Below, piece by piece: positions 1 to 8,917 of a stretch of 64,000 nucleotides of DNA. The notes below the pieces were generated by a model, which ran no database searches, was not told the origin of the DNA, and saw only the letters and a list, made by a program, of their open reading frames with translations. The stretch is from an uncultured Methanosarcinales archaeon (GTDB lineage: Archaea > Nanobdellota > Nanobdellia > Woesearchaeales > UBA583), in the NCBI GenBank assembly GCA_964621065.1, contig CAZULG010000001.1:78803-142802 (forward strand), in the 5' to 3' direction. The position numbers and the translations under genes are program-made. How positions within the stretch are numbered: the stretch's first letter is position 1; each line of letters opens with the position of its first letter.

Positions 1-250
1 TTGGTTTAATTCCTTTAGATTCAACATTATTATCTAAAGGAGGAACTAGTAACTTTGACTCACACTTCATATTTTTTGACCAATATGGATAAAAACCAAC
101 ATTTGTAAATATTGTATTATACATATTCTCTAAGTCTCCTATAAATTCTCCAGATGGGGTAAAAGTTAATTGTTCAAATCCATATGTACTAGTACCTTGC
201 TTATTTAATACTTTATATGTAATATCTCCTGGTAAAATTATTTTTGTCAT
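1..250 (-). CDS. hypothetical protein, N-terminal part only (gene runs off left edge)
   Basis: Minus-strand frame open from ATG at 250-248 to the window edge (MTKIILPGDITYKVLNKQGTSTYGFEQ...). A TATA-like box lies 20 nt upstream (271-280). No family recognised. Confidence 0.4.
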   Translation of the reverse strand, partial: MTKIILPGDITYKVLNKQGTSTYGFEQLTFTPSGEFIGDLENMYNTIFTNVGFYPYWSKNMKCESKLLVPPLDNNVESKGIKP

Positions 251-270
251 AAGAATATTAAAAAATAAGA

Positions 271-280
271 TTTTATAAAT
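271..280 (-). promoter_or_regulatory. TATA box candidate for the partial ORF at 1-250
   Basis: ATTTATAAAA on the minus strand, 20 nt upstream of the ATG. Confidence 0.4.
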
Positions 281-313
281 GTTACTACTGAATTAAAAAA
301 ATTATTAGGAACT

Positions 314-3300
314 TTATTTCATCTCTACTTTAAATTCTCCTTCTTCAATAACAATGTTTTCAGTGTTTGTTACATTTCGCAAATCTTGCAAATTATTCTC
401 AATAAATGTTTGAAGTTGCTTATTTGCATAAATTTTCAACTCTTCTAGTGGTTCTTTCATTGAAATTTGTTGCTCTGCTTTGTATTTTCTCACGTCTTTT
501 AAAATTTGTGTGAAGAAAAAATATTGTTCCTCATCTGCTTTAGCGAGTAATTGTTCATTAACTTGCGGATATTGAATTGTGTGGGTTGATTCTTCTTGTT
601 CATATTCTTTGAAGAATCGTTGATAGACACTCTCTGTGATAAATGGCATAATTGGAGCAAGTCCTTTTACACTTTCAAATAAAACTAGATAGAGTGTTTT
701 TTGAGCTGCTTTGTAATTCTCTTGTTTTTGCCATAACCGTTGTTTTACAATTTCTAAATAATTATCTGCAACTTCTGACATAAAAAATGCATTCCATACA
801 GATTTTGCTTTTGCATAGTCATATTTCTCAAACGCTTCATTTGATTCTTTAATTGTGTGTTGCATAAGTGATATAACTGCTCTATCGACTCCTGTGAGTT
901 CCTCAAGATTTATCTTTTTATCATCATTTGAAAAATCATCAAGAAGCATACTTGCAAATTTCACAGAATTATACATTTTATTAGCAACTCCATATCCTGT
1001 TTTCACTTCTTTTTCTTGAAATGGTGAGTCATATCCTAATTTATTAGACGCAGCTGCAAAACGCAGCGCATCGTTTGAGAATTGAGATACAATATCTTGA
1101 GGATCAATTCCGTTCTCCTTACTCTTACTCATTTTAGAACCATCAGGAGCTAAAACCCATCCTGAAATTGCAACATTATCAAATGGGTTTTTCTCATAAA
1201 TCAAGTTATTCTTAGCCATTGAATAAAATAACCAGAAATTTATGATATCATGTCCTTGTGGTCTCAAATCCATAGGAAATAGGGGATTAGTATTTACAAT
1301 TTGTTTTTTTCGAACAAATATAATATCTTCATCAGTTCCTTTGGTTTTTCTTGCTTTATCAAACACATCCTTTGGAATTTTTAAATGAGCATTCTCAACA
1401 TTATCCATCACGTACACATTTTCTTCGTCAAACCCTGAAATAATAACATAGTGAAATGAATTTGTATCATCTCCTTTGATAGTTCCCCAATGAACATTTA
1501 AACATGCTACCACATCTTTATTAATCTTGTTTAAAATTTCATTCAATTCAATAGATTTCTCAAAACATTGAGAAGTTGAACTCTCATTAAGCTCTGAAAT
1601 TGCCTCCTCAACTTCTTTTTTATCAATGTCAAAATCAGCAGTATTATTTTTGAAAAATTCTAATTCTTTTAACGATTCATCTACACCTAAATGTGTTGTA
1701 TAAAAATTTACATATAATCCTTTACTGCTCAAATATTGAGCAAGAACTGGTGTCCAAATTCCATATCCTTCATAATTCAATTCTTTTAAGACTTCATCAT
1801 ACTCTTTATTAATTCCAAAATATTGTAAAACACTTTGAATTGAAGAAGCTCCACAATCATTTTTATCTTGTTGTTTATGAAGAGGAATATCAAGTTTTAG
1901 CTCATTTCGTTTAACTTGATCTTCTACTAAATTCAAAGCAAGCTGAGGTGATGATGCTGATGTGAACCATGTGTCAAACACATCTTCTTCTCCTTTGTAA
2001 TCTTTTGGACTAAATCCTTCTTCACATAACTCAGCTGGAATTGGAGTCGAAGTCGGGTCAAGTGGAAGCATATCAGGAGTTGGATAAATAGTTGCATTTG
2101 TTTTTGTGTTAATCCACGCTGGGATTGGAACTCCAAAGTGTCTTTGTCTTGAAAATCCCCAGTCCCAATTCAATCCTTTAATCCAATTCTCAAGTCGTGT
2201 TTTCATAAACTCAGGCGTCCATTTAAAGGCATTTGCAAATTCAAAAAACATCTCCTTTTTATCTAGATATTTTACAAACCACTGCTCACTTGCAATATAC
2301 TCAACTGGAACACCCGAGCGCTCCCCTACATTTACAATTTGAGTAATATTCTCTTGCCCAATTAATGCACCAATTTCTTTGAGTTTTCTCATTGCAGCAA
2401 ATCGCCCTTCTTCACTTGCAATCAACCCATTAAACTCCTCTCCGCACAATTCATTTAATGTTCCGTCTCTATTCATAATCTCATAAATTTTCATTCCCGG
2501 ATGTCGTTTAATATATTCAATATCTTCAAGTCCACCAAAAGAGCAAAAGTATGCACTTCCTGTTCCTAAATCTGCTTTAATTGATTGGTCATGAGTAATT
2601 TCAATTTCTCGATTGATAAGAGGGATAATAACTCGCTCACCAATTATATTTTCTCCTTTGAGTGTTTCGATGATTTCATACTGTTCAATTCCAAGTTTAG
2701 AGAGTTTTTCTTCATATGTTTGAGCACCAAATATCCAAAATTCTTCTTGTCCTTTCACATTTACCTTGAGTTTTACGTATTCTCCACTATCTTCTACACT
2801 AAATCCATGACACGCAAAAATCATCTCAGGCCTTGTAGTTGCGTAAATAATGTAAGTGTGGTCAGTTCCTACAACCTTTGCTTTAATGTAGTTCATCTTA
2901 GACTTTACTTCTTTATCTTCTAATTCAGCTTGTGCAATTGTTGTTTGAAACACCCTATCCCACGGGATTGGACCTTTTCTTCGCTCAATTAAACCTTTGT
3001 TTACTAATTGTAGAAAACTCTCTTGAGACACTCGCTGAGAATATGGTGAAATGGTTGAATATCCTAGATTATCAAAATCACATGAAATTCCTAAATTTTT
3101 CCAATCTTGAACAAATTGTGGGCGAGTTTTTTCAATATAGTCCATTGTGATTTTTACTGCCTCTTCACGAGTCATTTTCCTCAAATCAACATTTTTTTCT
3201 TTTTGAACTATTTTCTCAGTTGCGAGTCCATTATCATCTGTTCCAAATGGATAAAATACTTCATGCCCGCTCATTCGCTTATAACGTGCAATAAAATCAG

Positions 3301-3496
3301 TTTGAGCGTATGAAAATGCATGTCCAATGTGCATTCTCCCCGACATTGTAGGAGGAGGAGTATCAATTGAAAAGACGACTTTAGAACTTTGAGGATCAAA
3401 TTTGTAAATTTCTTGTGTATTCCAAAAATTCATGATTTCTTGCTCTTGTTCTTTAGCATTGTACTTTTTTTCAAAATTGTCTGATAGTTTTGTCAT
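314..3496 (-). CDS. valS: valyl-tRNA synthetase carrying an inserted C39-like domain
   Basis: Class Ia motifs are present: PPPTMSGRMHIGH (HIGH), KMSKS, the TTRPEM editing-domain block, DTWFTSASSP and DLRPQGHDIINFW. The overall pattern is archaeal ValRS. At 1060 aa it is about 200 aa longer than usual. Confidence 0.9.
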   Translation of the reverse strand: MTKLSDNFEKKYNAKEQEQEIMNFWNTQEIYKFDPQSSKVVFSIDTPPPTMSGRMHIGHAFSYAQTDFIARYKRMSGHEVFYPFGTDDNGLATEKIVQKEKNVDLRKMTREEAVKITMDYIEKTRPQFVQDWKNLGISCDFDNLGYSTISPYSQRVSQESFLQLVNKGLIERRKGPIPWDRVFQTTIAQAELEDKEVKSKMNYIKAKVVGTDHTYIIYATTRPEMIFACHGFSVEDSGEYVKLKVNVKGQEEFWIFGAQTYEEKLSKLGIEQYEIIETLKGENIIGERVIIPLINREIEITHDQSIKADLGTGSAYFCSFGGLEDIEYIKRHPGMKIYEIMNRDGTLNELCGEEFNGLIASEEGRFAAMRKLKEIGALIGQENITQIVNVGERSGVPVEYIASEQWFVKYLDKKEMFFEFANAFKWTPEFMKTRLENWIKGLNWDWGFSRQRHFGVPIPAWINTKTNATIYPTPDMLPLDPTSTPIPAELCEEGFSPKDYKGEEDVFDTWFTSASSPQLALNLVEDQVKRNELKLDIPLHKQQDKNDCGASSIQSVLQYFGINKEYDEVLKELNYEGYGIWTPVLAQYLSSKGLYVNFYTTHLGVDESLKELEFFKNNTADFDIDKKEVEEAISELNESSTSQCFEKSIELNEILNKINKDVVACLNVHWGTIKGDDTNSFHYVIISGFDEENVYVMDNVENAHLKIPKDVFDKARKTKGTDEDIIFVRKKQIVNTNPLFPMDLRPQGHDIINFWLFYSMAKNNLIYEKNPFDNVAISGWVLAPDGSKMSKSKENGIDPQDIVSQFSNDALRFAAASNKLGYDSPFQEKEVKTGYGVANKMYNSVKFASMLLDDFSNDDKKINLEELTGVDRAVISLMQHTIKESNEAFEKYDYAKAKSVWNAFFMSEVADNYLEIVKQRLWQKQENYKAAQKTLYLVLFESVKGLAPIMPFITESVYQRFFKEYEQEESTHTIQYPQVNEQLLAKADEEQYFFFTQILKDVRKYKAEQQISMKEPLEELKIYANKQLQTFIENNLQDLRNVTNTENIVIEEGEFKVEMK
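1283..1933 (-). other. in-frame inserted module resembling a C39/C39_2 papain-fold cysteine peptidase
   Basis: Codons ~522-738 contain HKQQDKNDCGASSIQSVLQYFG (Gln-x5-Cys-Gly) and SFHYVIISGFDEENVYVMDN (His, then Asp 16 residues later). The module sits between two ValRS core blocks that are normally adjacent. Confidence 0.6.
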
Positions 3497-3582
3497 TTTT
3501 TATCTTTTCAACTGATACTACAAGTGTATCTAAATAAAAATAAGGAAGAGAATTTATATAATTTATGGTTGATTAAAAAAGA

Positions 3583-4455
3583 CTATTTTTTAGTTATAAC
3601 TCTTCTCCCAATTCTATACACACCATATATAACAGCAATTGGAATAATAAATCCTGCAATTGATACTACAAATCGAATTCCAAGTTCTAATGAGTCTAAA
3701 AATAACTTTAATCCATCTCTGAGACCTAAAAAGTCTAATTCATCAATTAATGATTGTTTTTCTTGTATTGTGAAATATACATCTGAATAACTCACATCTT
3801 CTTGTTGTCTTTGAATTTGCTCTTGTAAATATGCAATTGATTGTTCAAGTGAATCAATTCTATCTTGAATATTAATTTCTTCTTCAATTTCTAGATTATT
3901 TCGAGTAAGTATTTCTTCATAACGTTGAATTTGACTCTCATATCTCTCTAATCTTTCTTGTAAATCAATAACAACTCCTGTAACATCATTTGAATAGACA
4001 TTAATTGATTGTACTTCTCCTAACTCTTTGAGTGAGTTTAAAAATGTGTCTAATTGAGACGATTCTATTTTAAAATTATATGTTGAGCGGTAATAATTAT
4101 CATTATATTTACTCTCCTGCTCAGACATTACAATTACAGAGTATGATTCGACTAACGTGTCAATTTCTCTAATTGATTTGTGATATTCACTTGATTCAAT
4201 ATTCAAATTAGCATTCTTTGCAATCATTCGCTCATCTTCTTCAGGAGCAGCATTTGAACCACCACCAGGATAATATGAACTTCTCGCCATATCTTGCTGA
4301 GCATATCCTGCTTCATTTCTTGAACTTAAATCAGCAGAGCTCAATGAGTTCATTGAATTAGATATCATTCCAAGTGCTGAAAAAGCAACTAATACTAACA
4401 AAAGTCCTATAACATAGTTTTTCCAATATGTTTGTATATGATTTGTAATAGTCAT
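3583..4455 (-). CDS. DUF4349-like membrane-anchored coiled-coil protein
   Basis: N-terminal TM/signal segment, a central coiled coil (DLQERLERYESQIQRYEEIL) and a C-terminal TM pair. This architecture is typical of DUF4349. Confidence 0.5.
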   Translation of the reverse strand: MTITNHIQTYWKNYVIGLLLVLVAFSALGMISNSMNSLSSADLSSRNEAGYAQQDMARSSYYPGGGSNAAPEEDERMIAKNANLNIESSEYHKSIREIDTLVESYSVIVMSEQESKYNDNYYRSTYNFKIESSQLDTFLNSLKELGEVQSINVYSNDVTGVVIDLQERLERYESQIQRYEEILTRNNLEIEEEINIQDRIDSLEQSIAYLQEQIQRQQEDVSYSDVYFTIQEKQSLIDELDFLGLRDGLKLFLDSLELGIRFVVSIAGFIIPIAVIYGVYRIGRRVITKK

Positions 4456-4494
4456 AGATTATATATACTTAATTGATTTAAAAAGATTTGTTGT

Positions 4495-4935
4495 CTATTT
4501 CTCTAAATTCAACTTCATTTTTAATAAGGAATCTCCATTTTCATAGAATTTTTTTGTTTCTTCAATAACTTTAAATCCTACTTTTTTATATAAATTAACT
4601 GCTGGATTCTCAGACCACACGTCAAGAAGAATTGTATTAATATTCTGACTTTTACAATATTGAATTGCATATTCAAGTAATTTAGTCCCAACTCCTCTTC
4701 GTTGATAGTTTTTGTGAACTGACATTCCAATTTCACAAACATTGTTTTCAATTCTCAAAGAAATATATCCAACTGTCTTATTTTCATAATTATATAAAAA
4801 AACTAATTCACTCTCCAATAATTTTTTAGCAAATTCTTGCTCTTTTTCAAAACTATATTTTGACCAAATATAGCCGCTATTATATTCAATGTGTGCAATA
4901 TCTTTAAATTGAACAGAAGTAGCTTTAATTATCAT
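4495..4935 (-). CDS. GNAT family N-acetyltransferase
   Basis: Acetyl-CoA binding motif A (QRRGVGTKLLEYAI) in a 146-aa protein of GNAT size. Confidence 0.8.
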   Translation of the reverse strand: MIIKATSVQFKDIAHIEYNSGYIWSKYSFEKEQEFAKKLLESELVFLYNYENKTVGYISLRIENNVCEIGMSVHKNYQRRGVGTKLLEYAIQYCKSQNINTILLDVWSENPAVNLYKKVGFKVIEETKKFYENGDSLLKMKLNLEK

Positions 4936-5001
4936 AATTGTTAACTATAAACTATTATTTAAAAATAAATTGACTATAAAAAATAATAATAAAAAAATGA
5001 A

Positions 5002-5811
5002 TTAATTTAATTCTTCAAACTCTAATTTATCTCCTTCAATAATATTTCTATTTTTGATTACTTCAGGTGTTAATCGTACTTTTTGTAACTCTTTTAGTGC
5101 TTCAAATGCTGCGCTCATTAAATTAATTTTATTACTTGTAGTTCCAAATGTTTTACTCCAAACATCTTTAATACCAGCAAGTTCACACATTTTAGCAACT
5201 TCTTTTTCTGCAACAAGTCCTGTTCCTTTAGGAGCTGGAATGAGTTTTACTTTTACTGAACCACACTTTCCTTCAACTGAGAATGGAATTGTTGTTGGAT
5301 CTGAACCAAATGAACCCCATGAACCTGATCCTCTTCGAATTAAAATTAAATTTTGTTTTGCTTTTTTAATTGCTTTTTCACGAGCAGGTACATTTTCACG
5401 TGCTTTTCCAAATCCAAGTCCAACAACTCCGTTTTTATCACCTGATAAACACACCATTGAAAAACTCATCACTGAACCTTCTTTTGTCACTTTTTGAGTC
5501 GCTTTTGGTGGTTTTCTTTTTCCACCTCCAAATTTACCTTTTGCTTGACCAGTGTTTACAAATTCAGTTGTTAAATCAGGAACAAGATGATCTGTAATTT
5601 CACTCTCTAAAATTTTATGTCCCGAGCGAATAACATCTTTAATATCTGTATATTTTCCAGCTAGAACATCTTTTCCAACTTGAGTTTTAGGAGTCCAAAC
5701 TTTTTCTACTACTTCTTGTTCACGTCTAGGTCTTCTCTCTTGTCTTCTATCATCTCCTCGTCTAGGTCTTCTATCTCCACCTCTACCTTGTTGTCTTTGT
5801 TGTTCAACCAT
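5002..5811 (-). CDS. rps5: 30S ribosomal protein uS5 with Arg/Gly-rich N-terminal extension
   Basis: The conserved uS5 core is present (VVGLGFGKARENVPAREKAIKKAK, GTGLVAEKEVAKMCELAGIKD). It sits in the r-protein cluster, with GGAGGT upstream. Confidence 0.95.
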   Translation of the reverse strand: MVEQQRQQGRGGDRRPRRGDDRRQERRPRREQEVVEKVWTPKTQVGKDVLAGKYTDIKDVIRSGHKILESEITDHLVPDLTTEFVNTGQAKGKFGGGKRKPPKATQKVTKEGSVMSFSMVCLSGDKNGVVGLGFGKARENVPAREKAIKKAKQNLILIRRGSGSWGSFGSDPTTIPFSVEGKCGSVKVKLIPAPKGTGLVAEKEVAKMCELAGIKDVWSKTFGTTSNKINLMSAAFEALKELQKVRLTPEVIKNRNIIEGDKLEFEELN

Positions 5812-5813
5812 TT

Positions 5814-6332
5814 TTATTTTTTACCTCCTTCAATTGCTTTTTTTGTTTTTTCAATTACTGATTTTGCATCTTTTGAAGATAAATGTTCTCCATTAATTCT
5901 CTCTTCAGCTGGAAATACTCCTTCTCCAACACGAACATGTAATCCACTATCAATTAATCCTTTTACACTTGCAAATAATCTATTTCCATATTGAATTTTT
6001 TGTAAACCAAAATCAATAATTACATCATCTTTAATTCCTGCTTTAATTGCACGTGTACCTGCAAGTAACCCTGTTAAGTATGCAGCAGAGATATTTCCTG
6101 TGTGAAGTGTGTATCCAAGCCCAATTAGATCTTGAGCTCTTGCTGCTGTTGTAATATGATCTCCTTTCAAATTGTAAGATGCAATTTGTACAAGCATTCC
6201 ATTATTTGACTTTCGAATAATACATCGAGGTATTTTTGATTTAATTAATTTTAATCGTTGATGATAATTAGTCTTACCTTGAACTCTTCTATTATATCTA
6301 TATATTCTATTTTTTGAATCATTTCGAACCAT
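5814..6332 (-). CDS. rpl18: 50S ribosomal protein uL18
   Basis: L18P/L5e pattern (RRVQGKTNYHQRLKL, IIRKSNNGMLVQI). Operon position is between L19e and S5. Confidence 0.95.
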   Translation of the reverse strand: MVRNDSKNRIYRYNRRVQGKTNYHQRLKLIKSKIPRCIIRKSNNGMLVQIASYNLKGDHITTAARAQDLIGLGYTLHTGNISAAYLTGLLAGTRAIKAGIKDDVIIDFGLQKIQYGNRLFASVKGLIDSGLHVRVGEGVFPAEERINGEHLSSKDAKSVIEKTKKAIEGGKK

Positions 6333-6334
6333 TT

Positions 6335-6820
6335 TTATTGTTCTCCTCCTCTGCTATCATTTTTTTTCAATGCTAGATTTTGTTGTCTAATGTAGAGTGA
6401 AATGTGCTTTTTATTACGAAAGAAATTTCCTTTAGCTTTTCTATACAAATCTCTATACACTTTTCCATCAATTTTTTGGTTATCTTTTAGATCTTTTAAT
6501 AATTTTCTCATTGCTCGAAGTTTTATAATCCATTTAGTCTTATCACTCATACGCGCATTTGCAGTTCCTTTTCTTGAACCATGACCTTTTCTTCTTCCTT
6601 TCTTTTTTTGCTCAGCAATATATTTTGCCCGAGTTTTTGAAATTCCTCTCACAGGACTTACTTTAATTTTTCCCTCTTGAATTAAATCTCGAACTGATTC
6701 TCTTGAGATAATTTCTGAGAATTCTTTTTTATCTTCTGCTGTTGTAATTGCAAATTTAATTCTCTTTTGTGATATACCTAATGTTCTTGATGCAAGTGAT
6801 TTTTGTGATTTTAATTTCAT
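6335..6820 (-). CDS. rpl19e: 50S ribosomal protein eL19
   Basis: The N-terminus MKLKSQKSLASRTLGISQKRIKF is typical of L19e. Its start overlaps the L32e stop (ATGA). Confidence 0.95.
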   Translation of the reverse strand: MKLKSQKSLASRTLGISQKRIKFAITTAEDKKEFSEIISRESVRDLIQEGKIKVSPVRGISKTRAKYIAEQKKKGRRKGHGSRKGTANARMSDKTKWIIKLRAMRKLLKDLKDNQKIDGKVYRDLYRKAKGNFFRNKKHISLYIRQQNLALKKNDSRGGEQ

Positions 6821-7659
6821 TTCTTATTCACCTCTGATGTTTTTTTAGTTGAACTTGCTTGAGACACTGAAGCACTCTTTGTTGTAGTCGTAGTAGTTGT
6901 TGTAATCGTTTTCTTTACGCTTTGAGTATTATCTTTTTTTAGTACTGCTTTTTTACTAACATCACTTGATTTCTTATCAAGACTACTTGAAGATTCTTTA
7001 TTTTTGCTCACTGTATCTGCTTTTTTACTCTTTGAAGCTTTGTTTGATTCATCGCTTTTTTTCTCAGTACTAGATGTTTTATCTGACGCTTTTGAATCAG
7101 CTTTTTTAGTACTTTGAGTTGTGTCTTTTTTAGACGCATCATCACTTGTTTTTGTATTTGCTGATGAATCTTTAGTTGAATCTTGTTTAGCACTCTTTTG
7201 AGGAGTTTTTTTTGAATCTTGTTTTAAATCTTTTTTAGCCTTAAAGTTTTCTTCAACTGTTTTAATATATGTAGCAATATCTTTTACATTACTAATTGTA
7301 ATATTTTTTTTTTGAGCAACTCTAAGTACATCTAAACGTTTCTTTTTACCTAGAGTGTGTGATAGAACACCAACTTGTGTTTTTGTATCAATTAATTCTA
7401 AATCTTTCATATTTGAAATAATAACTTCAAAATATCCATCTCGATTTGTTCCTTTAATTTCTCTTGGGGATCCATATCCAACTTTTAACATTCCAATATG
7501 TCCTCTTCTATTTCTCCTGCTTTTATTACCCATACCTTTTGGTCGTCTCCATGCATCAACTTTTTTAAGTTTTGCAAATTGGTGAGCTTGTCTTCGCAAA
7601 AATGTAGGCTTTCTTTTTTTAATAGCTCTTCTTGTTTGTAGTTTTTCTTCATTAACCAT
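6817..7659 (-). CDS. rpl32e: 50S ribosomal protein eL32 with long K/S/T-rich C-terminal tail
   Basis: The eL32 core is present (RKPTFLRRQAHQFAKLKKVDAWRRPKGMGNKSRRNRRGH). About 135 aa of low-complexity tail follow it. Confidence 0.9.
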   Translation of the reverse strand: MVNEEKLQTRRAIKKRKPTFLRRQAHQFAKLKKVDAWRRPKGMGNKSRRNRRGHIGMLKVGYGSPREIKGTNRDGYFEVIISNMKDLELIDTKTQVGVLSHTLGKKKRLDVLRVAQKKNITISNVKDIATYIKTVEENFKAKKDLKQDSKKTPQKSAKQDSTKDSSANTKTSDDASKKDTTQSTKKADSKASDKTSSTEKKSDESNKASKSKKADTVSKNKESSSSLDKKSSDVSKKAVLKKDNTQSVKKTITTTTTTTTKSASVSQASSTKKTSEVNKK

Positions 7660-7671
7660 TTTTAATTACCT

Positions 7672-8265
7672 CTAAGAATACACCCGGTGTGGTTTTTGTG
7701 TAATATATATTCCATCTTGAATCACTCTTCTATCCATATGTGTAATTCTAGTACTTTGCTCAATTAATGCAGCAGCTTTTCCACACACTTCTTTATCAAT
7801 TCCCGTAACTGTTATATCTTCTCCTTTCACATCAACTTGAGCACCTTTAGGAATTTTAACAATTCTTGGAACTTTTTCTCCAAGTAAATTTTTAACAAGT
7901 AAAGTATCTTCTTTTTTCTCAACTGTCATAGGGAATTTTGAGTATACAACTTTTAAATTATATTCAAATCCTTCACTTACTCCTTTTATCATGTTATTGA
8001 TATGAGCTCTGTATGTTCCCATAATTGTTTTTAAACTTTTTGAAAAATACTTTGTTGACATGAGTACTTGATTTTCTTGTGTGTGAATTGTAATTCGTGG
8101 ATAACGAAGTTGTCTTGTAATTTCACCTTTTTCTCCTTTAACTGTAACTATATTGTTTCCTACAACTTCAACACTAATTCCTTCAGGAATTTCAACAGTA
8201 TAGTCAATTTCTCTCCAAACTTTCTCAGGTCTGTCCCTTTTTTTTCTAATAATGTTTGATCCCAT
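7672..8265 (-). CDS. rpl6: 50S ribosomal protein uL6
   Basis: Two-repeat uL6 pattern (VEIPEGISVEVVGNNIVTVKGEKGE, VDVKGEDITVTGIDKE) and matching operon position. Confidence 0.95.
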   Translation of the reverse strand: MGSNIIRKKRDRPEKVWREIDYTVEIPEGISVEVVGNNIVTVKGEKGEITRQLRYPRITIHTQENQVLMSTKYFSKSLKTIMGTYRAHINNMIKGVSEGFEYNLKVVYSKFPMTVEKKEDTLLVKNLLGEKVPRIVKIPKGAQVDVKGEDITVTGIDKEVCGKAAALIEQSTRITHMDRRVIQDGIYITQKPHRVYS

Positions 8266-8293
8266 TTTTTATGTTAATTTATCACAATATTGT

Positions 8294-8683
8294 TTAATAA
8301 CAATATGCAACTAAACTACCTCCAACATTATGTTCTCTTGATTCACTTTGAGTGAGAATCCCTTTGTTTGTTGTGATGAGTAAAATCCCAAAATCTTTAG
8401 CAGGTAAATATTTTCTCTCATACACTTCCAAACTCTCAACAGAGATTGGGTATCTTGGTTTAATAACACCACATTTATTGATATTTCCAAGTAAATGAAC
8501 TCTGAGCATTCCTTGCTTATTATCTTGAATTTCTTCAATTTCTCCTACATAATTGTGTGCTTTTAATGAGTTCAATAGACTCACAAGTAATTTTGATTTT
8601 TTCAGTACAACTGATGAATTCAAACTTTTTACTGCATTATTAATTTTTGAAAATGCATCTGCTATTGGATCGTTTTGTGCCAT
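8294..8683 (-). CDS. rps8: 30S ribosomal protein uS8
   Basis: N-terminus MAQNDPIADAFSKINNA and C-terminus GGSLVAYCY are typical of S8. Confidence 0.95.
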   Translation of the reverse strand: MAQNDPIADAFSKINNAVKSLNSSVVLKKSKLLVSLLNSLKAHNYVGEIEEIQDNKQGMLRVHLLGNINKCGVIKPRYPISVESLEVYERKYLPAKDFGILLITTNKGILTQSESREHNVGGSLVAYCY

Positions 8684-8684
8684 T

Positions 8685-8915
8685 TTAATCTAATTTCTTG
8701 AACCCCACTTTTCTTGCATTTAATCGAAATGTTCTTCTACAAATACTCAATCCGTATTTTCTAATAACACCTCGAGATGTACCAGTAATTTCACATCTGG
8801 TAACACCTTTACCAAATTTTCTCTCTTTTGGTTTGTTATGCTTAACATATTTTGCCCATTTAGCAGGTTTATGTTGTAATTGTTTTTTAACCTTTGAAAA
8901 TTCTTTGCTTGTCAT
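8685..8915 (-). CDS. rps14: 30S ribosomal protein uS14
   Basis: The C-terminal block RCEITGTSRGVIRKYGLSICRRTFR is S14-like. It lies between L5 and S8. Confidence 0.85.
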   Translation of the reverse strand: MTSKEFSKVKKQLQHKPAKWAKYVKHNKPKERKFGKGVTRCEITGTSRGVIRKYGLSICRRTFRLNARKVGFKKLD

Positions 8916-8917
8916 TT

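Noticed and set aside
1283-1933. The ValRS insertion could be an intein.
   Set aside because: The insert does not begin with Cys/Ser/Thr at a plausible splice junction. It has no terminal His-Asn followed by a Cys/Ser/Thr motif and no endonuclease (LAGLIDADG/HNH) blocks. Its motifs are those of a papain-fold peptidase instead.
5054-5497. Long antisense or alternative-frame ORFs inside well-supported genes. Examples are 1933-2136, 2106-2342, 2585-2923, 5054-5497, 9219-9548, 10110-10529, 10977-11447, 24472-24729, 50753-51199 and 51803-52171.
   Set aside because: They lie opposite to or overlap conserved genes. They have low-complexity, Phe/Leu/Ser/Ile-rich translations typical of shadow ORFs in AT-rich DNA, and they have no promoter or SD context.
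7008-7193. The 61-aa ORF inside the eL32 tail region, which might mean the tail is a separate gene.
   Set aside because: It is in a different frame from the continuous eL32 ORF and is equally low-complexity. The eL32 frame runs uninterrupted into an ATGA overlap with rpl19e.
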